Shown here: positions 26,572 through 36,382 of the stretch, one piece after another
How the letters are laid out: every line of letters begins with the position of its first letter
Numbering within the stretch: the first letter of the stretch is position 1
From: Catajapyx aquilonaris
Lineage: Eukaryota
Direction of reading: 5' to 3'
DNA: 37,420 nt
Assembly (NCBI GenBank): GCA_000934665.2
Contig: JYFJ02000936.1
Span: 62,001-99,420 of the forward strand
The notes under the pieces: model-generated
Seen by the model: the letters and a program-made list of their open reading frames with translations, nothing else
The model's database searches: none
Told to the model about the DNA's origin: nothing
Program-made: the position numbers and the translations under genes

Positions 26572-27022
26572 TCTCACATTTATAAGGGGAATGTTTGTTT
26601 GTCTAAGCTCTAAGGCAATGGGGACATGGTACCATGGTAAAAAACAGTGATTATTATTGTTGATTGCATTTCCTTCTAGAAATCCTTCGTTTTTGCATAA
26701 GCCTTCTGATTGGTCCGCCGCATATTGTTGTTACCGCGACACTTCCGATTGGCCCCATCACACAACAATGTGGGTAAACAGTGCGTCCTTTTGTTGACAC
26801 TGTTTACTCATATTGTTGAGATCATTTTCATGGAAACTTGAAAAGTGGGAAGTTCTGAAGTGCATTTTAGGATATACTCTGATTAGATAGATGGGTGACG
26901 GCAATTAACAATATGCCCTTCATCACCGCAGGCGGCAGGCCTAGAAAAAAGCGAGAGATGTGAGTGGCTTTCTAGGCCTGCGCCCCAGTAGAAAAATGGG
27001 AGAGTAGCGAGGGCTTTTCTAG
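26572..27022 (+). mobile_element. Apparently complete non-autonomous Helitron-like element (451 bp)
   Basis: It lies between A and T: A|TCTCACATTTATAAGGGGAATGTTTGTTTGTC ... GGGCTTTTCTAG|T. It has a subterminal GC-rich hairpin GCAGGCCTAGAAA/TTTCTAGGCCTGC (26935-26981) and no TSD, as expected for Helitrons. That the two ends belong to one element is an inference. Confidence 0.55.
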
Positions 27023-28142
27023 TAGATATGTAAATTTTTAAAATATTTACAAGACATCAATATGACAATTTTTTAAAAAATTATATCGAAATTATTGCTT
27101 ATCTGTATAAGGTCAATATTATTAAAAGAGTATCGAAAAATCTGGCTTCTTCCCGTTAGAGAATGAGCTGCAAGGTGTGATTGGTTTCTTTTCATTGCGT
27201 CTTGGATTGCGGAAGGCCATGCTTATCTACATTGCACATGTCAAATGCATAATTGCAGCCATTCAATACCCCGTTGTTGTCATAGGCAGTTGCGGAGACC
27301 ATTGCTTGTTAGTATGCAGCTCAAGCCTCGGCACAGTAATTCCCCCCCGGAAAATTTAAGCAACGGATTTAAAAAAAAAAAAATGTTTAAAAAAAACCTG
27401 TTCCTTCTAAAGGAGGAGGTGCGAGACAATCACGGTCGCAAGGCAAAGTGCAAGCACTTGTAGCGTTTTCTCACCAAAAAGCGCAGGGAAGACAACACAA
27501 TTCCATTATCAGCACCGGTGTTCCAGGAATGAAGTGGGCAATGCCTTACAATGATCGCAACACTGGCTGGATGCATTAGTCCGGACAGGATGCTGTCCTC
27601 TCCTTTGAAATATGGCCAAAATCAGCGGGTTACCAAACGGAAAGAAAACAAATTGGAGTTTTCACTTATCTTAACCTGTGACAGCATACATGAGAGAATT
27701 GGGCATATCTTAATAAAGAATTTGCTGGTGTCAGTCAGATAACTAATTTTTTTCTCAGTATTGTAAATGTCCCACTGGAACAATTGGCAGCGACAGTCAG
27801 CTGGGCAGAGTGGTCAGTTGACCTGAGTTGACCGCCAGCAAGATGATCGCGTGTTGTTGCCACTGGCTAGTAATTCTCGTCACCATCACCATGTGGACAT
27901 GTGAAGTGTTGGCGTGAAGAAAAGGCGGTTGACCCCTATTATACACTCCAGTGTTCGTGTCCCAGTGACCACCATCCAAACTACTTGGAAAAAAATTTTT
28001 ACTAGAAGCGTGATGAATGCCACCTAATTCCATCGCCTCGTATCTCACTCCATGGAGGGCAGCATCTCATCTTCTTCGCATCGGGCGATTGCACGAACCA
28101 AAGCGAGAAGAAGAGAAGACAAAATTCTACACAACATGAGCC

Positions 28143-28160
28143 TCTTCTTCTTCTTCTTCT
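28143..28160. repeat. (TCT)6 microsatellite
   Basis: Read directly from the sequence. Confidence 0.9.
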
Positions 28161-28854
28161 TTTAACAATTAATTTAATATCCGAATGAAACTGCAATGAG
28201 TTGTTGGACAATTTTCCGCCAAGTGTCCAACATAGACAGGTTTCACTGTAATTAATTTACCAACCGAATTTTTCTGGCCATAAAAATATTTTCAATGGTC
28301 AGCTTTGGGAGCAACCTGAGTGAGGCGCGTTAATTTTTGGTAATTTATTGGACAATGCAAATTACGTATACGGAGCGATCGCTTGTGAACAGCTCGTAAA
28401 ACACGTGGTATATACTGCTCCTTCCGGGTAGGAACATATACGAGCGAGGCAGAGAAAATGATCAGGTTGTATAAGTAAAAAGGGGATGAGCGATATATAG
28501 GCAGGAAAATGCTGGTGTTGCTAATTGATTTCGTCCAGATCGTCCGGCGGGCACAACCATCACGTTGTCTCACCAGGGTTCCTCATTTGAAACAATCGCT
28601 CTCTTGAATAATGCAGGAAGGAGGTAGGGAGGGCCATTCCGTACGTGTAACATAAAAACGAGCACGGCGGGGTGAGGATAAGTGGAGCACGGGTTATGTT
28701 GTGCAGGATCATGACATACGGCCCATAATTACGAGGAGAATCCATGAGGGAAGTTTCAACACCAAGAAAAGCCATTTTCAAAATATCCAAAAAAATGACA
28801 ATGTTGCAGTTGTGTTCAACTTTATTATTTCTCTTTAAAAATATCACAGGACAA

Positions 28855-29065
28855 CAGTAGGGGTCGAATCTTATATTTTTTGACCAGGTGCAAAGTTTGC
28901 ACTCCAGACTACTCATATGGAGTGCAATTACTTACAAGGATTTTAAATTACTGAATTTATCCATGTTCAAAACCAGCAGGACAAACTGGCGTGCAAACTT
29001 TGTACTCCAAGGCTATAAGTTTGGAGTGCAAATTGCACCATTGCATCCTAATATTTCGACCCCTG
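28855..29065. mobile_element. hAT-like MITE with subterminal TGCACTCC/GGAGTGCA motifs
   Basis: Termini AGGGGTCGAA (28859-28868) and TTCGACCCCTG (to 29065). Internally, GGTGCAAAGTTTGCACTCC is mirrored by GGAGTGCAAATTGCACC. A GGACAA direct repeat lies at 28849-28854 and 29066-29071. The superfamily assignment is uncertain. Confidence 0.65.
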
Positions 29066-29164
29066 GGACAAGGGAACAAATTAATTACGAGTAGCTCTAT
29101 AATGTGTAGGCTACTGCCTGCATTTTAAATTTTAGTATACAATATTTATTGCTCGATTTATTGT

Positions 29165-29248
29165 TATATAAATGGCAGAGTTCGTATGTATGTCCGGGCT
29201 ACCTAACCCACTTTCAGACTTCTGAGAATACTGAAACCTGGGATACTG
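29165..29248 (+). mobile_element. Helitron-like repeat, copy C (5' fragment)
   Basis: GCAGAGTTCGTATGTATGTCCGGGCTACCTAACCCACTTTCAGACTTCTGAGAATACTGAAACCTGG aligns with copies A and B. Confidence 0.7.
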
Positions 29249-30101
29249 ACGACAAACTGGTTTTAATTGCGTGGCCAAAAGTGAAAGAAGTTAATTTTTC
29301 TCGCAGTAATGTTGTTGTGTAATCATAAATTTAAATAGTGGGAGCATCTGCTCCATAATTATTGTACGTAACTGTAGCGAAACGTTGGCTACATCCAACC
29401 TGTCATACACGCGCGCCTGGTAATCCCCCATGCCGAGAAGGGTGTGTACAGCTATGTTGTACGCAGTTTTATGTACACACTGTGGAGAAGTGCACGTGCT
29501 GCTGAGCCAGCTTTAACAAGAGGGCCCATAAAGACTCTTTTCAAGACAGGTGCCACCCTCCCAACCCCACTTGTTTCTTTTCTTTTCTTTTTTTTATCCT
29601 TCATGCTGCTGCTGGACTCGAGTCAAATGCTTAATCATCCAGTGCGTGTCGTCATACCATCTCCCCAATTGCAGACTGCAATTGTGATTATCCCTCATTA
29701 GCTCATCAGAAGGCCTCCCATTTCGAGCTTCCTAACCAGCCTCTCTTAGGCCGTCTAGTGCGGACTTTTATAGCAAACCCTTATTGTAGTCATTGCCTTT
29801 TCCTTCTGGGGAGCAGACAACAAGCCTTTTTTCCCCACCTTCAGGCCTTGCGGGTGACTTCAACGAGGTGGTTGAAGCATTATTAGGCATGGACTGTTTT
29901 TTTCTTTTCCTCCTGCTTATGCTAATAGGAAGACTTATTTCACCGCCGGGAAGATCGTAAAAGTATAAAAGGAGAGCATTTTGGAGACATGCCGGGTGGT
30001 CATCTTACTTTGTCGGTACTTGGCAGGCATGCTCGTGTGATTAGCTGGATAGAAACCTGCAGAAAAAGCAGCACTTCTAATAATAGAAGATGCATGCAAA
30101 G

Positions 30102-30152
30102 GAACGTTATTGTGGCTTTGCTACGGCTAGTTGCATTCGGACGCGCTCTCTG
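30102..30152 (+). repeat. 51-bp dispersed direct repeat, copy 1
   Basis: GAACGTTATTGTGGCTTTGCTACGGCTAGTTGCATTCGGACGCGCTCTCTG; 46/51 identical to 31696-31746. Confidence 0.9.
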
Positions 30153-31695
30153 ATGCCACTATAAACTATAAACAATTTCACTTTATGCACCTGTAGTCAC
30201 GATCAAGCCCATTTTTATGCACTTATCAGGACTTCACATTATAGGTTTGCCTCGTTATGAAGCACCCTGTACCTGCCTCTCCCCCGTTACGTTCATCAAT
30301 GGCGGTCAGGCGTAAATCGGTCGGTTCAGTCCACACTTCCACGGGGGGTTATGATTTACGCCAGAGAAAAGAATATCGTGTAAAAAGATGCTGCTTTCAA
30401 AAGTAGGGGGTTAAAAAATAAGGTCCTGAAGATTTACGATAGCGAAGGCGCGATCATGGTTATGGAGACGTTTATGGAAGTTAAACGTCCCTTAAACGGC
30501 TGCAAAATAAAGGAGATGGAAAGGATGGCCCCCCCACTGAAGGTTTTGCGAGATGGGTGGGATTGCATCGTATACATCCGGATAGGTGATGGAAAGGAGT
30601 AAACATCGGGGCCCCCCTTTTGTTTCCCAGCATCCAGGACGTGGGTCCCACTATTTAGCATCGGCCATAAAGAGTCATCCAGCACCATCGTTGCTTGTTT
30701 ATCGCGCCCTACTTTTTCTCCGTGAAATCGTCTCGCCGGGTTATGAGATATAAAGCTATGGGATACTGCACGTGCCAGGTACAGTCGCGGAAATGAGGAA
30801 AGTAGCATATACCTGAAGCTCAAATTAGCCTCCAAGCGAGGCAGTTGAGGTATAGAGAGTATCACCTCTCTTCAAGCGGGCTAATTGGACGGTGTTATGT
30901 AATAATGTGTCAACCCACAAAAATGTCACCCAAAGGATAATACAGTCTTCATTCAGTTATAATCAATCTGGCGAAATCTTCATTCGTACTTCTGCTATAA
31001 AGGACACTGGATTAATTTCGCATCAGGTATGACTTTCAAATCCCTTTTTCTCGAAACTCTTTTCATGTAGGATGACAGCATAACACTGTCCAATTTGAGC
31101 TTCAGGTCTGCTCCTGGTGCTCTCAGCATAATTGTTTCGCACACCTGTCCCAATGGCAGGTAACAAATTGCAGCCATTTGAAGGTGTGCAAATTCTTGAG
31201 TGTTCGTAAGTTCCCATGGTTTGTTGTTGTGTGTGTTTGTTCGGTTTTTTTTTTCAACCCAGGGCCATCTTTCCAAATCCGGATATCGAAGTTGGTTCCT
31301 GGGAACGGAGCAGTTGACATGCGACGGAAGTGGGTGGAGTTAGGATGAGCAGCGGAAGAGGCTCCCCACCAAACCAACCACCCCCTACCAGACAGCAGAT
31401 AAAACTGGCTTAGGAAGTCAAGTGTGCCTACCTGCAGGTGCTCATGGCCACGGAAAAGTGGGGGCCGCTTTGCTTTTTGGGGAACTGCCCCTCAGAGGAT
31501 GAAACACGGGAAGGAAGTTGGCCCCCACCTTCCCTTCTTCCGACCCCCACACCCTTCTAAACCGATCAGTCCGTGGGAAAATTCTCATTTCCTGACCCTC
31601 TCCTGGTATTTTTGCCACGAATGCGGCCATTTTTAGGTCAAACGGCATTTTCAGTTAATTGCGGAGCTGTACGTTTTGTCGCGTCGTAGGCCAAC

Positions 31696-31746
31696 GAACG
31701 TTATTGTGGCTCTGTAACGGCGAGATGCATTCGGACGCGCTCTCTG
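31696..31746 (+). repeat. 51-bp dispersed direct repeat, copy 2
   Basis: GAACGTTATTGTGGCTCTGTAACGGCGAGATGCATTCGGACGCGCTCTCTG; 46/51 identical to 30102-30152. Confidence 0.9.
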
Positions 31747-33398
31747 GAACTGCCCCGCGCTTCGTAGCATAGGAAAGAACTTCCAAACATGTTGTAATAC
31801 CCATTTCATATCCACGAATAAAATGAAATGAGAATACTCGAACAAAAATATTTTCCGAACCGGTCATAATATTTTTTTTCAAAACTTCGAAACACAATGG
31901 CCATCCAACTCCTTTTTTTATATGGCTGTTTCTTTGACATTATTCTGATCACGTCCGATTATAACCGGGGTTGTAATACAAGTCCATATTAATTAGCCGA
32001 AATTGGCATCATTTGCGACCTTTATGGCCGGCCATTTCTGTCGTAGGTTGGATATGAAATAAGTCTAAAAGGCATGTGCGACTATACACTAACTCTCAAC
32101 AGGTATGTAAAAAAGGTGCAAGTTCCGTGAGTCTGGGTTAGTGTGTGTGCGCGTGCCTGAGGCTCCTCGGAGGCAGCTTCTTAATGAGTCTGAAGCGTGT
32201 GGGGACTGCAGAGGACCCCGTCGATCTTAATCTAATTCCAATTATCTCGCCCGTGAATACATTAAAAGGGGTCCCAGAACTGGAAATAAGGCCACCTGAG
32301 GCTGGATTTGACGCCATAATTAGTCTTTTTGCGGAATATGGAATCAAACTGGCAGCTGCTTTTATTTCATCACTCACTTATACCCATAACTGTCGCCGTC
32401 TGACAATTTCAATTAGGCCGTTTTGCCTTTTACAGGACTAGCTTTTTTTTCCTTGATGTTCTTACCCTAGAGTTATGCGCTTCGCACGGATTTTATACGG
32501 CGTACTAAAGAATGGCTTACAAATGCCTCCCGCTGGCTTTCTGACATGTCAACGGCCCAGGAATAAAATGCTAATCCGGTTTTTCGCTGTTTTTTTTCTG
32601 GCGGCTTGGTCCACCCGGTTTTCTTATTCCCAGGCTCCTTTCGCGAAAATTCAGAACACGCGACTCCTTTTTTTTGTATAAGAAAGATTTGAACATTAGC
32701 GAAATTGCAAGGCAACACCCGGGTAGAGTCGGCCTGAATGTAATGCGTCCGTTGGGATTAAGCCTTTTTTGATTGAATATTCTGCAAGGGAGGTAATTTG
32801 ATAATTGGGCACTCGGTGCGCGAGGTTATTAGGCAGTAAATGCTGCTTTACAGCGAGTTATTGCAGAGTTTAAAAAAAAAAGGATCATCGTGATTGAGGG
32901 CCGGTTACTTCACTCCTGAATTCCCTGAATTTTCTGGTTCAAAATAGTGTGGAATGCTCGAAATATTTTTAAGAGTGAAAAATTACTTACAGTGATTTTT
33001 TTTAAATTGTGCAAAACGCCTATACTTTTAGCCTCTTACGTGTCACATGATCTAAATCAACTAGTGAAACTATATTTTTTACTCTAGTATACAAACTTAG
33101 TTCACACGGACCACCCTGTAACAAATGATGATTTTTTTCTCTCTATCCAAGCCATTGGCCAAAAGCGCCTGATGACGCGATTGGCTTCTCAAAAAAACAA
33201 ACAGCGCAAACAAACGCAGCCGCCTGTAAATCAGCGTTGCGAAGCTTGCAATTTGTCTGGTGACAAGACTTTGAAAAATGGGGTCTACATATCCTGCGAA
33301 AATAATTACAGCGCCCAGAGGATATAGTGTAACGCAGTAAACAGGTAGGCCCCGATGGTGCCATCCAGATTATAATTCCTTTACTCGCCTTATCTTCA

Positions 33399-33613
33399 CA
33401 GGGTGTTTCATAACGATTTTAATATTTAATAAACTTATGGAGGATCACTTGGTTAGTTTTAAATTTAAATTGCATAGCTGCCAGGAAGCATACTTCATGT
33501 TTGAAGCCAATTATCTCGGAAATGATGCTGCATGGACCAAACTACACCCTGACACAAAATGATCCTCTGGTTCTCAGTAGTACGCCCAGAAACTTTGCGT
33601 GAATAACACCCTG
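33399..33613. mobile_element. CAGGGTG-terminated MITE, 215 bp
   Basis: CAGGGTGTTTCATAACG ... GCGTGAATAACACCCTG|TA. The left TIR also matches an orphan right end near 30252-30271 (TCGTTATGAAGCACCCTGTA). Confidence 0.6.
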
Positions 33614-34434
33614 TACAGATAAGGTTGAAGAAACGGTTCTCTCGACCCCGCCCCATTTTCTCTCCCATCAGTATTGACAAGTCATACTTCTCAAGTTACG
33701 TCCCACATTCAATTTCGCAGCGCCAATAATATGTTATTTTGAGGGCGGCCAATGGCTGATGGTCCAAGGTGTACACACAAAAAAGACGGTGTTTAAAAGA
33801 GCTTCTGCCCTGCAATTAAACCGGGGCTGATTCTCACCTGCTTGCTTGCGAAGGCAGGCAGGTAGGCAACAGGGGCAGGTGCACCGGAATAATAATTGTC
33901 ACCAGGAGTTCAGGGAAGGTAGGCAATGGAGCCAACCCCCGGCCTCTTTTTCCATCGCTCGATTTACAAGTGAGACCGAAACTGTAATTTTCACGCCCTG
34001 TGTGTCGAACCCCAGGCCAACCAGCAGGTATAAGATGTATATAAAAAGGACGTGGGCGGAAGTGGTCCGGTCAGGCCGCACTTGTCTCGCAGGATACCTC
34101 TTTTGTGCTGGGCCGTCGTCACCAATCACGGGTGTTGCCTACTTGCGACACTTTAGCCCGGTCGGTGCCAGCTTTTGCTGGAGAAGGTTTGACCGCGGTG
34201 CGTTGGAAAGTTGGGTGCGTGAGAGTTAGGAGCTTCTTCCGGGTCACTAAAAGGTCATTCACACCAGTTGAAACGCACCTTCAGAGGCAAAGGACAGTAT
34301 CAGTTTTGGATGAAAATGAGTAGATTTGTCCTCATGCAAAATGCGAAAACCGAGAATGCATGGCAGAGATATACTGGTTATGGAAAAGTAATATCTCCAT
34401 AGGAATTTCAGAGCCAATAATTTTATACGCAATT

Positions 34435-34697
34435 GAGGCGTTGACATGTGAAAGGGCGTAAGTCACAAAGAGAAATGTGCCTCAACTTAAAAAAAGTAGC
34501 CTATACACTTAAATGTTAAACTCATAAACTGCTTTTACTTTGACGCTTCATATACGTTTCTGTAACAAAATCAAACACTAAGAAACCTTTTTTTGTGTAA
34601 TAAAATCTGATTCACAGTGTTATCAAAACTGCTTTTTTCCCTAGCCCTTGTAAACATGTATTTTTGTGACTTATGCCCTTTCCCATGGCAACGCCTC
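34435..34697. mobile_element. Sola-like MITE, 263 bp, AATT TSD
   Basis: AATT|GAGGCGTTGACATGTGAAAGGGCGTAAGTCACAAA ... TTTGTGACTTATGCCCTTTCCCATGGCAACGCCTC|AATT, with 32/35 TIR identity. GAG...CTC termini with a 4-bp TSD are characteristic of Sola-superfamily elements. Confidence 0.85.
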
Positions 34698-34802
34698 AAT
34701 TATAGCATATTAATTAAAATGTAAATTTAAGCAATTCGCTCAGGACATCATGGTACACTTTTAAACTCCTCACTCATACAATCATACTGTCTTACATTCA
34801 CT

Positions 34803-34969
34803 TTATGCGTGACAATGTGGAATTATGCGTAATTTTATACGTTGGTGCCATATCGCCACTGCGTGATAAACTTTGCCTTATGCTTGAGATAATAATTACA
34901 AACTTATGCGTGATCATTTTCGATTGATCACGCATAAAAGTACGTATACGTCAGGCTCGTCACGCATAA
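34803..34969. repeat. Foldback-type repeat built from TTATGCGTGA motifs
   Basis: TTATGCGTGAC (34803-34813) pairs with GTCACGCATAA (34959-34969). There is an internal perfect 13-bp hairpin TTATGCGTGATCA/TGATCACGCATAA (34904-34937) and further degenerate copies in between. Confidence 0.7.
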
Positions 34970-34992
34970 CACACCTCACTCTCGATTATCAG

Positions 34993-35036
34993 TGGAAAAT
35001 CGGAAAACACTGAAAATCTGAAAATCCTGAAAATTG
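34993..35036 (+). repeat. Degenerate tandem (T/G)GAAAAT(C) repeats
   Basis: TGGAAAATCGGAAAACACTGAAAATCTGAAAATCCTGAAAATTG contains five GAAAA units at 8-9 bp spacing, resembling transposon subterminal repeats. Confidence 0.55.
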
Positions 35037-35336
35037 TCCTAAATATGCCGGTAAAAACGAACTATTCAGATGTTTTGAATGAACTCCTGTGCTACATTAT
35101 AGAGCTGTTCAAGTACTGTCCAACAGCAATCGTGGCAACAGAGGCAAGGTGGAGCAATGTGGTAAATAAATTGTCCCGTATCCAGCCGGTACGATATCCG
35201 CCAAAAGTTGCGCTGGAACTGGACCATGTGAATGCCTCCTGCAGCGTGGGAAAGAAGTGGGCAGCAGGTTTTCTGGTTGGTGTTGTCTGGGGGTCGGTCG
35301 GTGGGAGCATACTATATAGGTGGGGTTCAGAACCTC

Positions 35337-35360
35337 TCTTCTTCTTCTTCTTCTTCTTCT
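35337..35360. repeat. (TCT)8 microsatellite
   Basis: Read directly from the sequence; it accounts for the poly-F/S/L/K/R runs in the overlapping ORFs at 35.0-35.8 kb. Confidence 0.9.
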
Positions 35361-36197
35361 CCTGTGTGCCCTGGCGATCAGGTGGCAGCCACATCCACTA
35401 ACCTTACCACCTGCAGAGAAGCCCCGGCCAGTGGCCACCCCCTTCACAACCCCATGCGCCCCATTATATATACTCACACATGCGGAATGCATAATGAGCC
35501 GGTGGATTGGGCACCCAGCCTCCCCCGCAGGCCAAACTCGCACGCGCCTAGAAATATTTTTTGGAGGGGGGAAACCCACCCTTGCATGGCATGCCCTGGA
35601 CTTTTAGATATGGACATGGAGTCAAAAGGCACACGCGAACCGCCCTGGCTACGAATGCACAACTTTGTGGACACTTCCTGCTCGCTCGCACCTGTCGTTT
35701 TGCTCAGAATACAGAGAGATGAAGCAGTGCATTTCAAGTGGGGACACACACAGTGTGTGGTCGGTTCTTTTCACATTTGATCCAGATTCGAAAGGTGTTT
35801 ACTACGCGACGAAGTGTCAGGAGTCGGGGTGGAGGCGCGGGGGCACTATTCGGTCCATTTGGGACGCGCTGCCCCTGCCCTCCATCCCGACTCCTGCCAC
35901 TTCGTCGCGTAGTAAAGATCAGCTCAAGATTCTGTTGCTTTTGGAAAAAAAAATATAAGTGACCGTCTGAACGGACAAGCTGGAAGAAAGATTCTTTTGA
36001 TAATAAGTTTGACCGACGTGCAGTACACGCTTTATAAATTTCCGTGCTTGACCCTCCTCCTCTTGCTTCCACCCTCATACGCACCATATGTGCGTAATTT
36101 CCTAGTACGCATGAATAATTGGCGGCTTTGCCTGGATGGGTGTGCTTCGGTGTGTGTGGTACGAGGAATGTCCGGATTCTGATAGAAGGAAATAGTA

Positions 36198-36382
36198 CAG
36201 GGTGGTCCATAACAAGGAAGAAACACAGCTTAAGAAAAATCATATTATTTTAGCTGTTATCCACCAAGCAATAAAATCAAAGCAGTTGCATTTAACAGCT
36301 CCAATACTTTCTGATTGTTATATATTAGTTATGATAACCTCAATTGTTGCAAGTAATGTTTCTTCCTCATTGGACCATCCTG
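36198..36382. mobile_element. Tc1/mariner-type MITE, 185 bp, TA TSD
   Basis: TA|CAGGGTGGTCCATAACAAGGAAGAAACA ... TGTTTCTTCCTCATTGGACCATCCTG|TA; the terminal 12 bp match the TIR of the 5526-5732 element. Confidence 0.82.

Noticed and set aside
26817..26828. TGAGATCATTTT, identical to the first 12 nt of bantam miRNA
   Set aside because: The match stops at nt 12 and the sequence is not on the arm of a suitable hairpin.
34002..34011. Minus-strand GGTTCGACAC, resembling a tRNA B-box
   Set aside because: No A-box at the right spacing and no cloverleaf.
34038..34085. TATATAAAAAGG followed by GC-rich sequence (TATA promoter or LTR candidate)
   Set aside because: No matching Inr/DPE at canonical spacing, no second LTR, and similar TATA-like words occur many times in the window.
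2189..35253. Su(H) (YGTGRGAA), Zelda (CAGGTAG) and AP-1 (TGASTCA) motif occurrences
   Set aside because: I counted about 6-7 of each by eye, close to the roughly 4-5 expected by chance in 37 kb; no paired or clustered arrangement.
35045..36243. Pile of overlapping ORFs up to 182 aa on both strands
   Set aside because: Local GC richness and the (TCT)8 tract explain them; there is no recognisable domain or coding-like composition.
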